In this document: positions 28,976-37,800 of the stretch, in pieces
Layout of the letters: every line of letters begins with the position of its first letter
How positions within the stretch are numbered: position 1 is the stretch's first letter
NCBI GenBank assembly: GCA_030583845.1
Contig: CP129478.1
Location: forward strand, 279,175 to 343,174
Source of the DNA: Candidatus Dojkabacteria bacterium
GTDB lineage: Bacteria > Patescibacteriota > Dojkabacteria > SC72 > JAHDCA01
Length of the DNA stretch: 64,000 nucleotides
Direction of reading: 5' to 3'
The notes under the pieces: model-generated
The model's database searches: none
Told to the model about the DNA's origin: nothing
What the model saw: only the letters and a program-made list of their open reading frames with translations
Position numbers and translations under genes: made by a program

Positions 28976-29464
28976 TTATAGTTTAATCGTAGAATGACTA
29001 CTTTCCGATATCTTAGAAACAACAGTCTTAAGAGCGAAATAAATTGCCACCTCAATCAAGGAGAACTTAACCGCCGAAAATAGCTCTCTCCAACTCAAGC
29101 CTATCTGGCCCTGCTCCAGCACACCAGCAGCCATAAAGAAGAGGAGGTGAAATCCAATGAATAGAAAAATTAATGTAATTATTTCTACTGGGATATTGCT
29201 CATAGGGAGAAAGCGACACACCAATTTGAAGAGTAAGCAAGCAATAATAAGTAACAAAAATGTAAACCCGATCGGGTATGAGAAATATATGTCATTTAAC
29301 AAGGTTGCAGGCAGGATTAAGCCTAAAAACGCAACCAGCCTCATCCTGCTATAGGCGAAAACAGCCACTACCAGTAGCAAACTAAAGACACTTAATGTGT
29401 TCAATATTGCCTGGATAAAGACAAGCAGCAGGGAGCCTATTATTACAGCAATGATCAATCCCAT
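28976..29464 (-). CDS. mreD: Rod shape-determining protein MreD (by position and hydrophobicity)
   Basis: 162-aa polytopic membrane protein between mreC and PBP2. Its start overlaps the mreC stop. Confidence 0.55.
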   Translation of the reverse strand: MGLIIAVIIGSLLLVFIQAILNTLSVFSLLLVVAVFAYSRMRLVAFLGLILPATLLNDIYFSYPIGFTFLLLIIACLLFKLVCRFLPMSNIPVEIITLIFLFIGFHLLFFMAAGVLEQGQIGLSWRELFSAVKFSLIEVAIYFALKTVVSKISESSHSTIKL

Positions 29465-30324
29465 TATTCAATAACCACAAATAAGTAATTTATATTGTCA
29501 TACACAAAAGCTGGTCTAACTTTGGCACGCTTCACCGGTGCAGCCGGATCATCGATCACCTCACTTACGCTTCCGATGTAGAGCAGCTCCTGAATCTCGG
29601 GGTCATTCACTACAACAGCATATCCAGCCTGCACCGTATCGTTCCTGGATATATTGTCGACCTTGATAGCTGAATTTTCGCCTAGGGCGAGACCATTTGC
29701 TAAATCGTCGCGGTTGCTAAACTCCTCTTTTAGTTGCTCAATTCCCTTGTCAAGATCAGGATTATCGATTAGCAACACCTCGAGGGTGCTTGTCTCGTTA
29801 TTTGGCAAGATCACCTTTGAGGTAAGCTCGCTCACGGCGCCTATGTAGCCAATATATATGCTCCCAATCCGTACAATATCGCCCTCTTCTACTCCATCCT
29901 TCTTGCCGGCATCAATTATCATCGAGTCATCTACTCCTATATCTGAAGCCAATACATTGGCCTCCAACAACTTATCCTCTCGCTTGCCTAAATCTATCTC
30001 CTTGCGCAATGCAGCATTCTCTTCTAATAGTAGCTGTAGCTTACGATTTTCAGCCTCTAACTCTGCCGATGTTATCTGCAAGACTGCATTTTCAGAGCGG
30101 ATGTATGGGATTGAGAAGAATGCTTCAACTGAGTCGTCAATTGCCTTGCCTACAGCCACACCACCCTTCATCAAAGGCGACCCGGCATATGCAATCGGCT
30201 TTCTCAGGCTCTCTGCGGGCAATATATAGTTGGCCGAAAGCAGCAGCACCGCCACCGCCAGGGCAATAAACTCTTTGGGAACTTTTGAGCTTTTCTCATT
30301 GAGAGAGAGGTCAGTAACTTTCAT
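29464..30324 (-). CDS. mreC: Rod shape-determining protein MreC
   Basis: N-terminal TM, coiled coil LQITSAELEAENRKLQLLLEENAALRKEI, beta-rich C-terminal domain. Confidence 0.8.
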   Translation of the reverse strand: MKVTDLSLNEKSSKVPKEFIALAVAVLLLSANYILPAESLRKPIAYAGSPLMKGGVAVGKAIDDSVEAFFSIPYIRSENAVLQITSAELEAENRKLQLLLEENAALRKEIDLGKREDKLLEANVLASDIGVDDSMIIDAGKKDGVEEGDIVRIGSIYIGYIGAVSELTSKVILPNNETSTLEVLLIDNPDLDKGIEQLKEEFSNRDDLANGLALGENSAIKVDNISRNDTVQAGYAVVVNDPEIQELLYIGSVSEVIDDPAAPVKRAKVRPAFVYDNINYLFVVIE

Positions 30325-30383
30325 CGGTTGATTGTAGCAATTTTCCCGATTTCTGTCTTAAGAGGGTCTTATGGCGAGCGGGA

Positions 30384-30414
30384 GAAACGCCACGCCAAGT
30401 CGCACTTTGCAAGT
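30384..30414. repeat. 25-bp palindrome copy 2 (extended to 14-bp arms: CGCCAAGTCGCACTT TGC AAGTGCGACTTGGCG) between mreB stop and mreC start
   Basis: Seen directly. Confidence 0.9.
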
Positions 30415-30477
30415 GCGACTTGGCGAAGTCCGACTTCGTGAAGGCGGAGTTTGTGAAACGGTTTGTGCAACTTGCAA

Positions 30478-31527
30478 TTAGGCCAGCTCCTCCCAGGACT
30501 TCTGTACTCTCTCGAGCAGCTCGATGTGGTCGAGCATAGCTGAGGTTCCGCGCGCTACAGCAGAGAGTGGCTCGTCTACGATATTTATCGGAAGCTTTAG
30601 CTCCTGCTCCCAAAGCTTATCGAGCCCTCGAATCAGGGCGCCACCACCTGCAATATATGCACCTGAGGTCACCAAGTCTGAGAGTAGCTCCGGAGGCGTC
30701 TCTTCGATGGCGTCCTTCACAGCATCGGTGATCTTGTCCAGCGAATTCATGATAGCCTCACGACATTCGATGCTTGAAAATTCAACTGATTTTGGGAGGC
30801 CAGTCAGCAGGTTGCGACCCTGGATGATCACCTTCTTTTCTTCTTCCTGCGGCACAGCTGAGCCGATCGCTATCTTCACATCTTCGGCGGTTCTCTCCCC
30901 TATCAGCAGGTTATATTTCTGACGCACATAATTGATGATATCCTGATCCATTTCATCACCAGCTACTCTCAAGGTCTTGTCTACGACAATATCGCCAAGC
31001 GAGAGCACTGCAATGTCAGAGGTTCCACCACCAATATCTATAATCATGCTACCCGACGCCTGCTCGATTGGCAGCTCGGCACCGATCGCGGCGGCCATTG
31101 CCTCTTCTACGATGAATACTTGGCGCGCTCCTGCGCTCTTAGCAGCGTCCATGACGGCTTGGCGCTCTACTTCGGTCACCGATGAGGGTACGCCCACAAT
31201 CACACGTGGACGAGGGATTTTGAAGCTTCCAGAGCTGTACCGATGCACCTTACTGATAAAGTAATGAATCATCGCCTGGGTCATATCGAAGTCTGAGATC
31301 ACACCATCTTGCAGGGGCTTAGCGGCAACTACCCGGGCTGGAGTCCTACCGATCATCTGGCGAGCCTCAGCTCCTACGGCAAGCACTCGCTTCGTCTTCT
31401 TATCTATCGCAACCACTGAAGGTTCTGAGATTACGATACCCTTCCCTCTGAGGTACACCAAAGTATTCGCGGTACCGAGATCAATTCCGATATCGTATGT
31501 GACTAGATTCCAAAGTTTGTCGAACAT
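30478..31527 (-). CDS. mreB: Rod shape-determining protein MreB
   Basis: Actin-fold motifs IGIDLGTANTLVY, DIGGGTSD. Confidence 0.9.
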   Translation of the reverse strand: MFDKLWNLVTYDIGIDLGTANTLVYLRGKGIVISEPSVVAIDKKTKRVLAVGAEARQMIGRTPARVVAAKPLQDGVISDFDMTQAMIHYFISKVHRYSSGSFKIPRPRVIVGVPSSVTEVERQAVMDAAKSAGARQVFIVEEAMAAAIGAELPIEQASGSMIIDIGGGTSDIAVLSLGDIVVDKTLRVAGDEMDQDIINYVRQKYNLLIGERTAEDVKIAIGSAVPQEEEKKVIIQGRNLLTGLPKSVEFSSIECREAIMNSLDKITDAVKDAIEETPPELLSDLVTSGAYIAGGGALIRGLDKLWEQELKLPINIVDEPLSAVARGTSAMLDHIELLERVQKSWEELA

Positions 31528-31597
31528 TTCTTCAATATGATAATTACACTTTCAGGGTGATTATACTCTACAGGACTGTAACTGTGGAACAAAATAG

Positions 31598-31721
31598 CTC
31601 CCGCTAACTTATAGTATGTACTCAACCCTTAGTACTGCACTGTTTTCTCAAGATTCATTAAATCCGGGCTGGGCAATTGGTCACAGTGGACAGTGATGCA
31701 CGAACTATAAGTTAGCGGGAG
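31598..31721. repeat. REP-like element: arms CTCCCGCTAACTTATAGT / ACTATAAGTTAGCGGGAG flanking 88 bp
   Basis: Seen directly. Lies between the mreB start and rpmB stop. Confidence 0.8.
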
Positions 31722-31727
31722 GGATAA

Positions 31728-31979
31728 TTAGTTTGCTGAAGCTGCTTTGGCTGCAGGAGCTACTACTGCTGCATCTTCTTTGCGAAGTCGCTTGTAGCAC
31801 TTCATACATACCGAGATAGACTGCACTTTGCCATCAACGCTGGCCTTAATTTTGCGGACATTTGGCTTAAAGACGCGATTCTTGCGAGGAGCTTTAAACC
31901 TCCAACCGATGGAGTGATGGTGCTGAATTCGCTTGCCTGCGACTGTTGATTTTCCACAAATTTCACATTGACGTGCCAT
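31728..31979 (-). CDS. rpmB: 50S ribosomal protein L28
   Basis: MARQCEICGK…H…C…C pattern of bL28. 83 aa. Confidence 0.75.
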   Translation of the reverse strand: MARQCEICGKSTVAGKRIQHHHSIGWRFKAPRKNRVFKPNVRKIKASVDGKVQSISVCMKCYKRLRKEDAAVVAPAAKAASAN

Positions 31980-32112
31980 TTCGATGACTCAATAAATTTT
32001 CTTAAGCGATTAAAGGGTTCATTAACTTCTCTTGTGTTAACAACCTTCAATGTTTAAAATTACAAGCGTGATATTATCAGAAAGTAAATTATTTGACAAG
32101 GATTAACAAGGC

Positions 32113-32757
32113 ATGGTTCCCGACCTCCAATGGATTTTAGTAGGACTCCCAGCATTCATATTAGCCGGTACAGTTCACGAGTATATGCACGCCTGGACAG
32201 CCAAGAAACTGGGAGATTACACCGCCACTATAGAAGGCAGGCTCACACTGAATCCCTTAGCCCATCTCGACCCGTTCGGCCTGCTACTTATGATAATTGC
32301 CAAGTTCGGCTGGATGAAGCCCGTTCCGGTGAATTCATACAATTTTAAGAATCCTGTTGTAGGAATGGCGATCACAGCACTTGCTGGTCCTGCTTCCAAC
32401 CTGGTAATGGCAACAGCTGCTGCGATTGTATACAACGCTCTCTTTGCACAGCAATTTCTCGCACTACTACCATCATCTAGCCCTGTCCTTGGAGTGCTCA
32501 ACTCTGCACTGATATCATTTATATATGTAAATATTGTGCTGATGCTTTTCAACCTTATTCCAATCCCACCGCTCGATGGTTCAAGGATTGTGAAAGTGAT
32601 AATGCCAAAGAGCCTCCAGTACTACTGGGATCTAATGGAGAACTACTCAGGGATACTGCTGCTATTAATTCTGCTTCCTTTCTCCCCTTTGAGCCAGGTA
32701 ATCGGGACATTTCTGACAAGTGGAATTCTCTACTTTATGAACCTTTTAATCCTGTAA
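32113..32757 (+). CDS. M50-family (site-2 protease-like) zinc metallopeptidase
   Basis: HEYMH HExxH motif in a TM segment and LFNLIPIPPLDGSRIV motif. Confidence 0.7.
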   Translation: MVPDLQWILVGLPAFILAGTVHEYMHAWTAKKLGDYTATIEGRLTLNPLAHLDPFGLLLMIIAKFGWMKPVPVNSYNFKNPVVGMAITALAGPASNLVMATAAAIVYNALFAQQFLALLPSSSPVLGVLNSALISFIYVNIVLMLFNLIPIPPLDGSRIVKVIMPKSLQYYWDLMENYSGILLLLILLPFSPLSQVIGTFLTSGILYFMNLLIL

Positions 32758-32845
32758 ATCTGTTCGCTTTTCAAGGGCGGGAAAAGTAACGTCACTAGGC
32801 GCTTTTCAACCTATTTAAGGATTTATTAACAGTCGCTTGAAATTG

Positions 32846-33104
32846 TTGTACAACAGTTTTGGCAATTGTATAATAGGTTACCCTAGCACGTTACAAGAGG
32901 AATTCTTAAGCCCCTTAGTTTAAGAATGGGACTCCGAGATCGCACTTGCCCTTGGGCTTGTGTTGAGGAGGTGACCCACCCTAAATATTCTTTAGGGCTC
33001 TTAAGTTTCTCTGGTGCTAGGGTACTTTATCCCCGTGTGTAATGAGTGCTCTATAAGATCGATTCTTTCACGAGCCGGTATCTTGTAACTAGACTACATC
33101 TGCC
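32846..33104 (+). promoter_or_regulatory. Sigma70-like promoter (TTGTAC-17-TATAAT, 32846-32874) followed by about 225-nt structured leader with an enclosing helix TACCCTAGCAC (32879-32889) / GTGCTAGGGTA (33014-33024)
   Basis: Seen directly: promoter hexamers with 17-bp spacing, an 11-bp long-range helix enclosing about 125 nt with nested helices (CTTAAGCCCC/GGGCTCTTAAG, CCCTAAA/TTTAGGG), then the ORF at 33105. No match to a riboswitch class I can recognise. Confidence 0.4.
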
Positions 33105-33635
33105 ATGCACGATGAGTTCTCTTATGACACTCGAACAAAATCAAAGATCTCTACTAAGATAGCCGACGCAGTGGATGGTTTCTTGGACCAAAGCTCACCT
33201 CTCACTGATGTGATTAGCTGCATACATCAAGCCGCCGGAGTAGATTCATTTCGATCAGCCTATCTTGAATCCATGCATTCAGACGCACCAGATCTTGAAA
33301 AGCTCGGTGCCGCAATAGCGCTACTTATATCCTACAAACCAGATTATTATGAGTATGACACGGGCGAATTGAATGCAATTAGAGCACTTCAACATTACGT
33401 TATCTGGAACTATGCAGTGTACTCGAACAGTGACAGCAAGATAGTCCCACTTGAGGCTATTCGAGCAGTTATCGAACCCTCGTTCAACCCAGCAAGATCA
33501 ATACCTAATGAGCTCTACAAACAGGTTCGAAAAGAGCATTTTATAGCATTGCAAAACTATGAGCAGCTCCTCTACCTAATCGGTTGCATACAAAAGTCTT
33601 TATGGCACTTCCTCTACGAGGAGCCTACCAAATAG
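33105..33635 (+). CDS. Hypothetical protein
   Basis: 176-aa ORF with no motif I recognise, preceded by the structured leader. Confidence 0.4.
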   Translation: MHDEFSYDTRTKSKISTKIADAVDGFLDQSSPLTDVISCIHQAAGVDSFRSAYLESMHSDAPDLEKLGAAIALLISYKPDYYEYDTGELNAIRALQHYVIWNYAVYSNSDSKIVPLEAIRAVIEPSFNPARSIPNELYKQVRKEHFIALQNYEQLLYLIGCIQKSLWHFLYEEPTK

Positions 33636-33749
33636 AAATAGAATCCCCACTAGCAGACATTTGACTATCCTATTACTCTATATTAAACTCTCAACCGATT
33701 TCGGATTGTGGCGATTTTGTGTAGAATAATAGTGCTCTTTTAAATAATC

Positions 33750-33826
33750 GCTGGAGTAGCTCAGTTGGTCAGAGCAACGGTTTTGTAAACCGTGGGTCGA
33801 GGGTTCGAATCCCTCCTCCAGCTCCA
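33750..33826 (+). tRNA. tRNA-Thr (anticodon TGT), CCA encoded
   Basis: GCTGGAGTAGCTCAGTTGGTCAGAGCAACGGTTTTGTAAACCGTGGGTCGAGGGTTCGAATCCCTCCTCCAGCTCCA. Confidence 0.85.
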
Positions 33827-34029
33827 TGTTTTAGGAATCTCTCGAACTCAGTCCTCGCTGCGCTGCGGAAGAATACTCCAAATGGCCGCAAAAGCATGCT
33901 TATGGTGAGGCGAGTTCTCAAACTCCCTAAAACATGGCATGATATGAATCACAACCATGAGGTGATGTTAAATAAAGCTTCGCACGCAGCGTAGCGAGTA
34001 TTAGAAGCTTTATTTAACATCACCGAGAA

Positions 34030-34115
34030 GCAGGGGTGGCAGAGCGGTCAAATGCATTGGACTGTAAATCCAACGTCTTCGGACTACACAGGTTCAAATC
34101 CTGTCCCCTGCACCA
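34030..34115 (+). tRNA. tRNA-Tyr (anticodon GTA), long variable arm, CCA encoded
   Basis: GCAGGGGTGGCAGAGCGGTCAAATGCATTGGACTGTAAATCCAACGTCTTCGGACTACACAGGTTCAAATCCTGTCCCCTGCACCA. Confidence 0.85.
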
Positions 34116-34176
34116 TTTCAAAATTTAATAGCTGTAGTTGAAACCAGTCCCAAACTTAAGATTTCAATTTACAGTC

Positions 34177-34737
34177 ATGATTCTTTCAGACAAAACTATC
34201 CGCGACCGCGTCAAGAGCGGCCAATTAGTCCTCGAGCCATTTAATGAGGATCATCTTCAGCCTGCCTCATATGATCTTACTTTGGGAAACAAATTTCTGA
34301 TTTTCGACACTCCGAACAACTTGGTAATTGATGTGAAAGAAGACTCAAGCGCCCTGATGCGCGAGGTGGTCGTAAATGACGGTGATTTCTTCGTGCTGCA
34401 CCCAGGAGAATTTGCCCTCGCAAACATTGCCGAAGTTACAGGTGTAGACGATAAGCATGTTGGTCGACTTGAAGGCAAAAGCTCACTCGGCCGCATCGGG
34501 ATAATTATCCATGCGACCGCAGGCTTCCTCGACCCAGGCAATAAGCTTCGCATGACTCTCGAATTCAGTAATATCGGCACTCTGCCGGTCAAGCTGTATC
34601 CAGGGATGAAAATTGCCCAGATGGCATTTGAGGAGCTCGATCAGCCATGTGAGAAGCCTTATGGCCACAAGTCATTAAACAGCAAATATTATGGCGACAT
34701 GGATGTACAGGCGAGCAAGATGCACAAGAATTTCTAG
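34177..34737 (+). CDS. dcd: dCTP deaminase
   Basis: MILSDKTIRDRVKSGQLVLEPF… and dUTPase-fold motifs. The ORF begins at 34138, but the conserved start is MILSDK. Confidence 0.85.
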   Translation: MILSDKTIRDRVKSGQLVLEPFNEDHLQPASYDLTLGNKFLIFDTPNNLVIDVKEDSSALMREVVVNDGDFFVLHPGEFALANIAEVTGVDDKHVGRLEGKSSLGRIGIIIHATAGFLDPGNKLRMTLEFSNIGTLPVKLYPGMKIAQMAFEELDQPCEKPYGHKSLNSKYYGDMDVQASKMHKNF

Positions 34738-34814
34738 GCCTCTCCTATAGCGGCGTTGACTGAGCACCCTTGCTATATTAAACTCTCGTGCACTGCTGTA
34801 TCATTTGGATATAG

Positions 34815-34891
34815 GCTGGATTAGCTCAGTTGGCCAGAGCGCATCCATGGTAAGGATGAGGTCCCGGGTTCGACCCCCGGATCCAGCTCCA
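34815..34891 (+). tRNA. tRNA-Thr (anticodon GGT), CCA encoded
   Basis: GCTGGATTAGCTCAGTTGGCCAGAGCGCATCCATGGTAAGGATGAGGTCCCGGGTTCGACCCCCGGATCCAGCTCCA. The 3' end lies 4 bp from the stop of the giant minus-strand gene. Confidence 0.8.
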
Positions 34892-34895
34892 TTTA

Positions 34896-37800
34896 TTAAG
34901 CGGTAATTTGTGTTGGAGAAACCGATTGCGGACTATCAACTCTCCTCATCACTCCACTCTCAGTACTCCCGGTCCAATTATCCTCGGGAGGCTGCAGCTT
35001 GAAATTACCCGTTATCAGATCCAATTTCTTATTAATTGTGTACTTTACCTTCCCTTTGACCACTTTATGCTCACCGTTGAATTCCAATCTGTAAATCCCG
35101 GCGAATGAGACAATCCTATACCTTCCCTGCTCGTCAGTAATCACCTTCTGAACAGTTTTATCCGTCCCCTCTTCGATTAAAGTAATCTCCACACCGGCCA
35201 ACCTATTCCCTTTAACAGACCTTACCACACCATATGTATAGCCACTCTTAAGCATGCTCTGAATGATTAAAAGGCTTACAGGTATTAGATATAGCAGGAA
35301 GAATGTGAAGTTCAACCACGATGGAGAGGTAATAAGTACAAGGCCAGAGAGCACCATGCCTAGAACTAATAGTATCCTCAAAACAATAAATAGTGCATTC
35401 ACAAAACCGCTCTGTGCGACATTTACTAATACTGTGCTCCACCCGCTCTCAGCTCTATCTAGCGGCACTGCTCTATCTACCGAGTAATCCTTTTTGTGAC
35501 TAAATACTCCACCAAGGTAAAGGCTTTGATAGATCCCATCTGTAGAGGTCTTGATCGTCCTTGCAGGGAATCGGTAGCCAGTCTTAACTGCATCGATCCT
35601 ATATCTACCATTATCAAGGTATAGGTTATACACACCGTTATATCTGGTCACATCTGTATCAACCAACCTGCCAAAATCGTCGTAAACACGTACTATCACA
35701 TTATTTAGTGGGGCTTTGTCTTGAGCATCGTAGACGATACCGAACGACTCACGTTTGCGCGATTTCAAGAAGTTCAGCAGTGCGATCCAGAACCGCAAGG
35801 CCATGCCAGGGATCTCTGGTATGAAGAGTAATATGTAGCCCGCAGAAGCGGCTGTAGCCACTCCAGAAGTTACCAGATCGTACTCTCCCTCCTCCCACTC
35901 CTCCACCACCCGTCCAGTGGTCTCAACGATAGCTTCCCCAGCCCTACCTATTATCGACTGTGGTTGCGAGGTAGTCTGCCTTCCGCTACCATTATTTGCT
36001 GGTGCGGCTGGCTCCTCTCCGTCGTCTGGTTCTGCGCCTGGTACAGGCTCAGGTTCTGGTTCGGGTTCAGGATCCTGTTCTGGTTCAGGCGGTAAAGGTT
36101 CACTATTAGATATCAGCACCGTCTCTGAATAAACCTCCGAAAGGTTACCAACGGCGTCTCTAAGCCTCACATTTATTGTTACCGAGCCAGTTGCCGTAGT
36201 CCTGTATTCAAGATTTGCTTCGTACTGCTCCCACTCAGTTTCAATAAATTCTTCGCCTTCCGATATCATAATCTCGGCAACGCCAGAACCAGTATCGATC
36301 GCAGGTATCAAAATTACTATATCTCGAATATTACTACTGCCCGAATTGTCTGTAATAAATAGTTCGCCCACAGGAGGGATAGTGTCAACTCCGAAGGCAA
36401 CCTCTCCTTCGTTTGCAGTACTATAAACGACTGGGTAAAGGGTTGGATCATAGCCACCAACGCGCCAGTAGTAAGTAGAATCACCTAGAACTTGCCCTTC
36501 GTTACCTACAGCATATGTGCCGCCTGAAGGAGCCTGACCAACGGTGAAGGTATAACTACCTTGTGCTAGTGGTGCCGATGTGAAATCAACGACAGGGGTT
36601 GAGAAATCTTCGCTGTCATCAATCTGAATTCGATACTGGACTGTGTCCGTACTGTCCTCATCAGATATAGCAAATGCAAATACAGGGGCTGTATTAACGC
36701 TAAACTCTCCATCTATTACGGCACCCTCACCAAGATCGGTCGTCACCGGAATTCCGAAGTTCCAACCAACATTATTACCTAGGTTAGACCCAGTACCAAG
36801 TAGCTGAATAGCAGTCGGACTATTATTTACGCTATCGCTAACATCCACATACTGTATATTCCTTGAACCTTGAGGATCAATGTACCAAGGCTGACCTGGA
36901 GTTACAGAGACCAAATCAATATGATTGTTTTCTGTCCCCGCAATCGTAGTCATACCTTCTACTGTTATCACACTTCCTTCTAACACCTGGAAAGTAGCGA
37001 TGTTTGGCAATACCTCAATATTATTAAACTGATAGTTTCCTGTAAGGATCGTTGCACCACCGTCGAAGATCACTGTACCGTTATTATGATTAAAAATACC
37101 ACTATTGGTTAAGTCACCTGTGACAATAAGCTCATCAGATGGTGCGGTTAATGTACCGTTATAGTTAATGACCAATTGCGAAACCGTTGAAGTAGCAGGT
37201 AGCATCAGGTGACTCGAGACTTCAACCATAACATCACTATTAAAGCTCGTTGACCCACTTAGGTCAGTAACAGTTGTAGTTGAAACAGTAAGGTTGTCAA
37301 TGTTAAGAGAGTCAAATCCTGAGAAAAAGCCACCAGGATCCTGGGATAACTCAGCTAGGTAAAGTGTATCTCCTCCCTTCGTGAGCGTTCCCGTGCCAGT
37401 CAAACTGGCACCGCCCAGGTCATACCTGTACAGATTTATTGCTCCATTTGGAAGTACTGGATCGTTACCGACTGGAAGGCTACAGTTATTTGCGATTCCT
37501 AGAATAGAGTCTAGGCCGAATGTCACATGGTTAAACACGAAGTTTTCACAGTCTATTGGCTCATATGCGGTATTATCAAAGTGGATTGTTCCATTGTTAT
37601 GATCAAATGTTGTCGTGCCAGTCACCTGCATCTGGCCACGTAATGTAGTTGTGCCGGCGGAAGCGATCAGGTTTCCGCCAGAAAAGGTGAAGTCGCCAAA
37701 AGCGGAGTTCTCAGCAAGTGTGAGTGTGCCCGAACTAAAGGTCAGAGTTCCTGCAATGTCCAAACCGCTGTATCCAGATAGGTTTAATGTTGGACCTGAG

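Noticed and set aside
30311-30613. 100-aa minus-strand ORF spanning the mreB-mreC intergenic palindrome
   Set aside because: It overlaps the mreB 3' end and is built largely from the palindrome. It has no motif, and the ORF probably arises from the palindrome symmetry.
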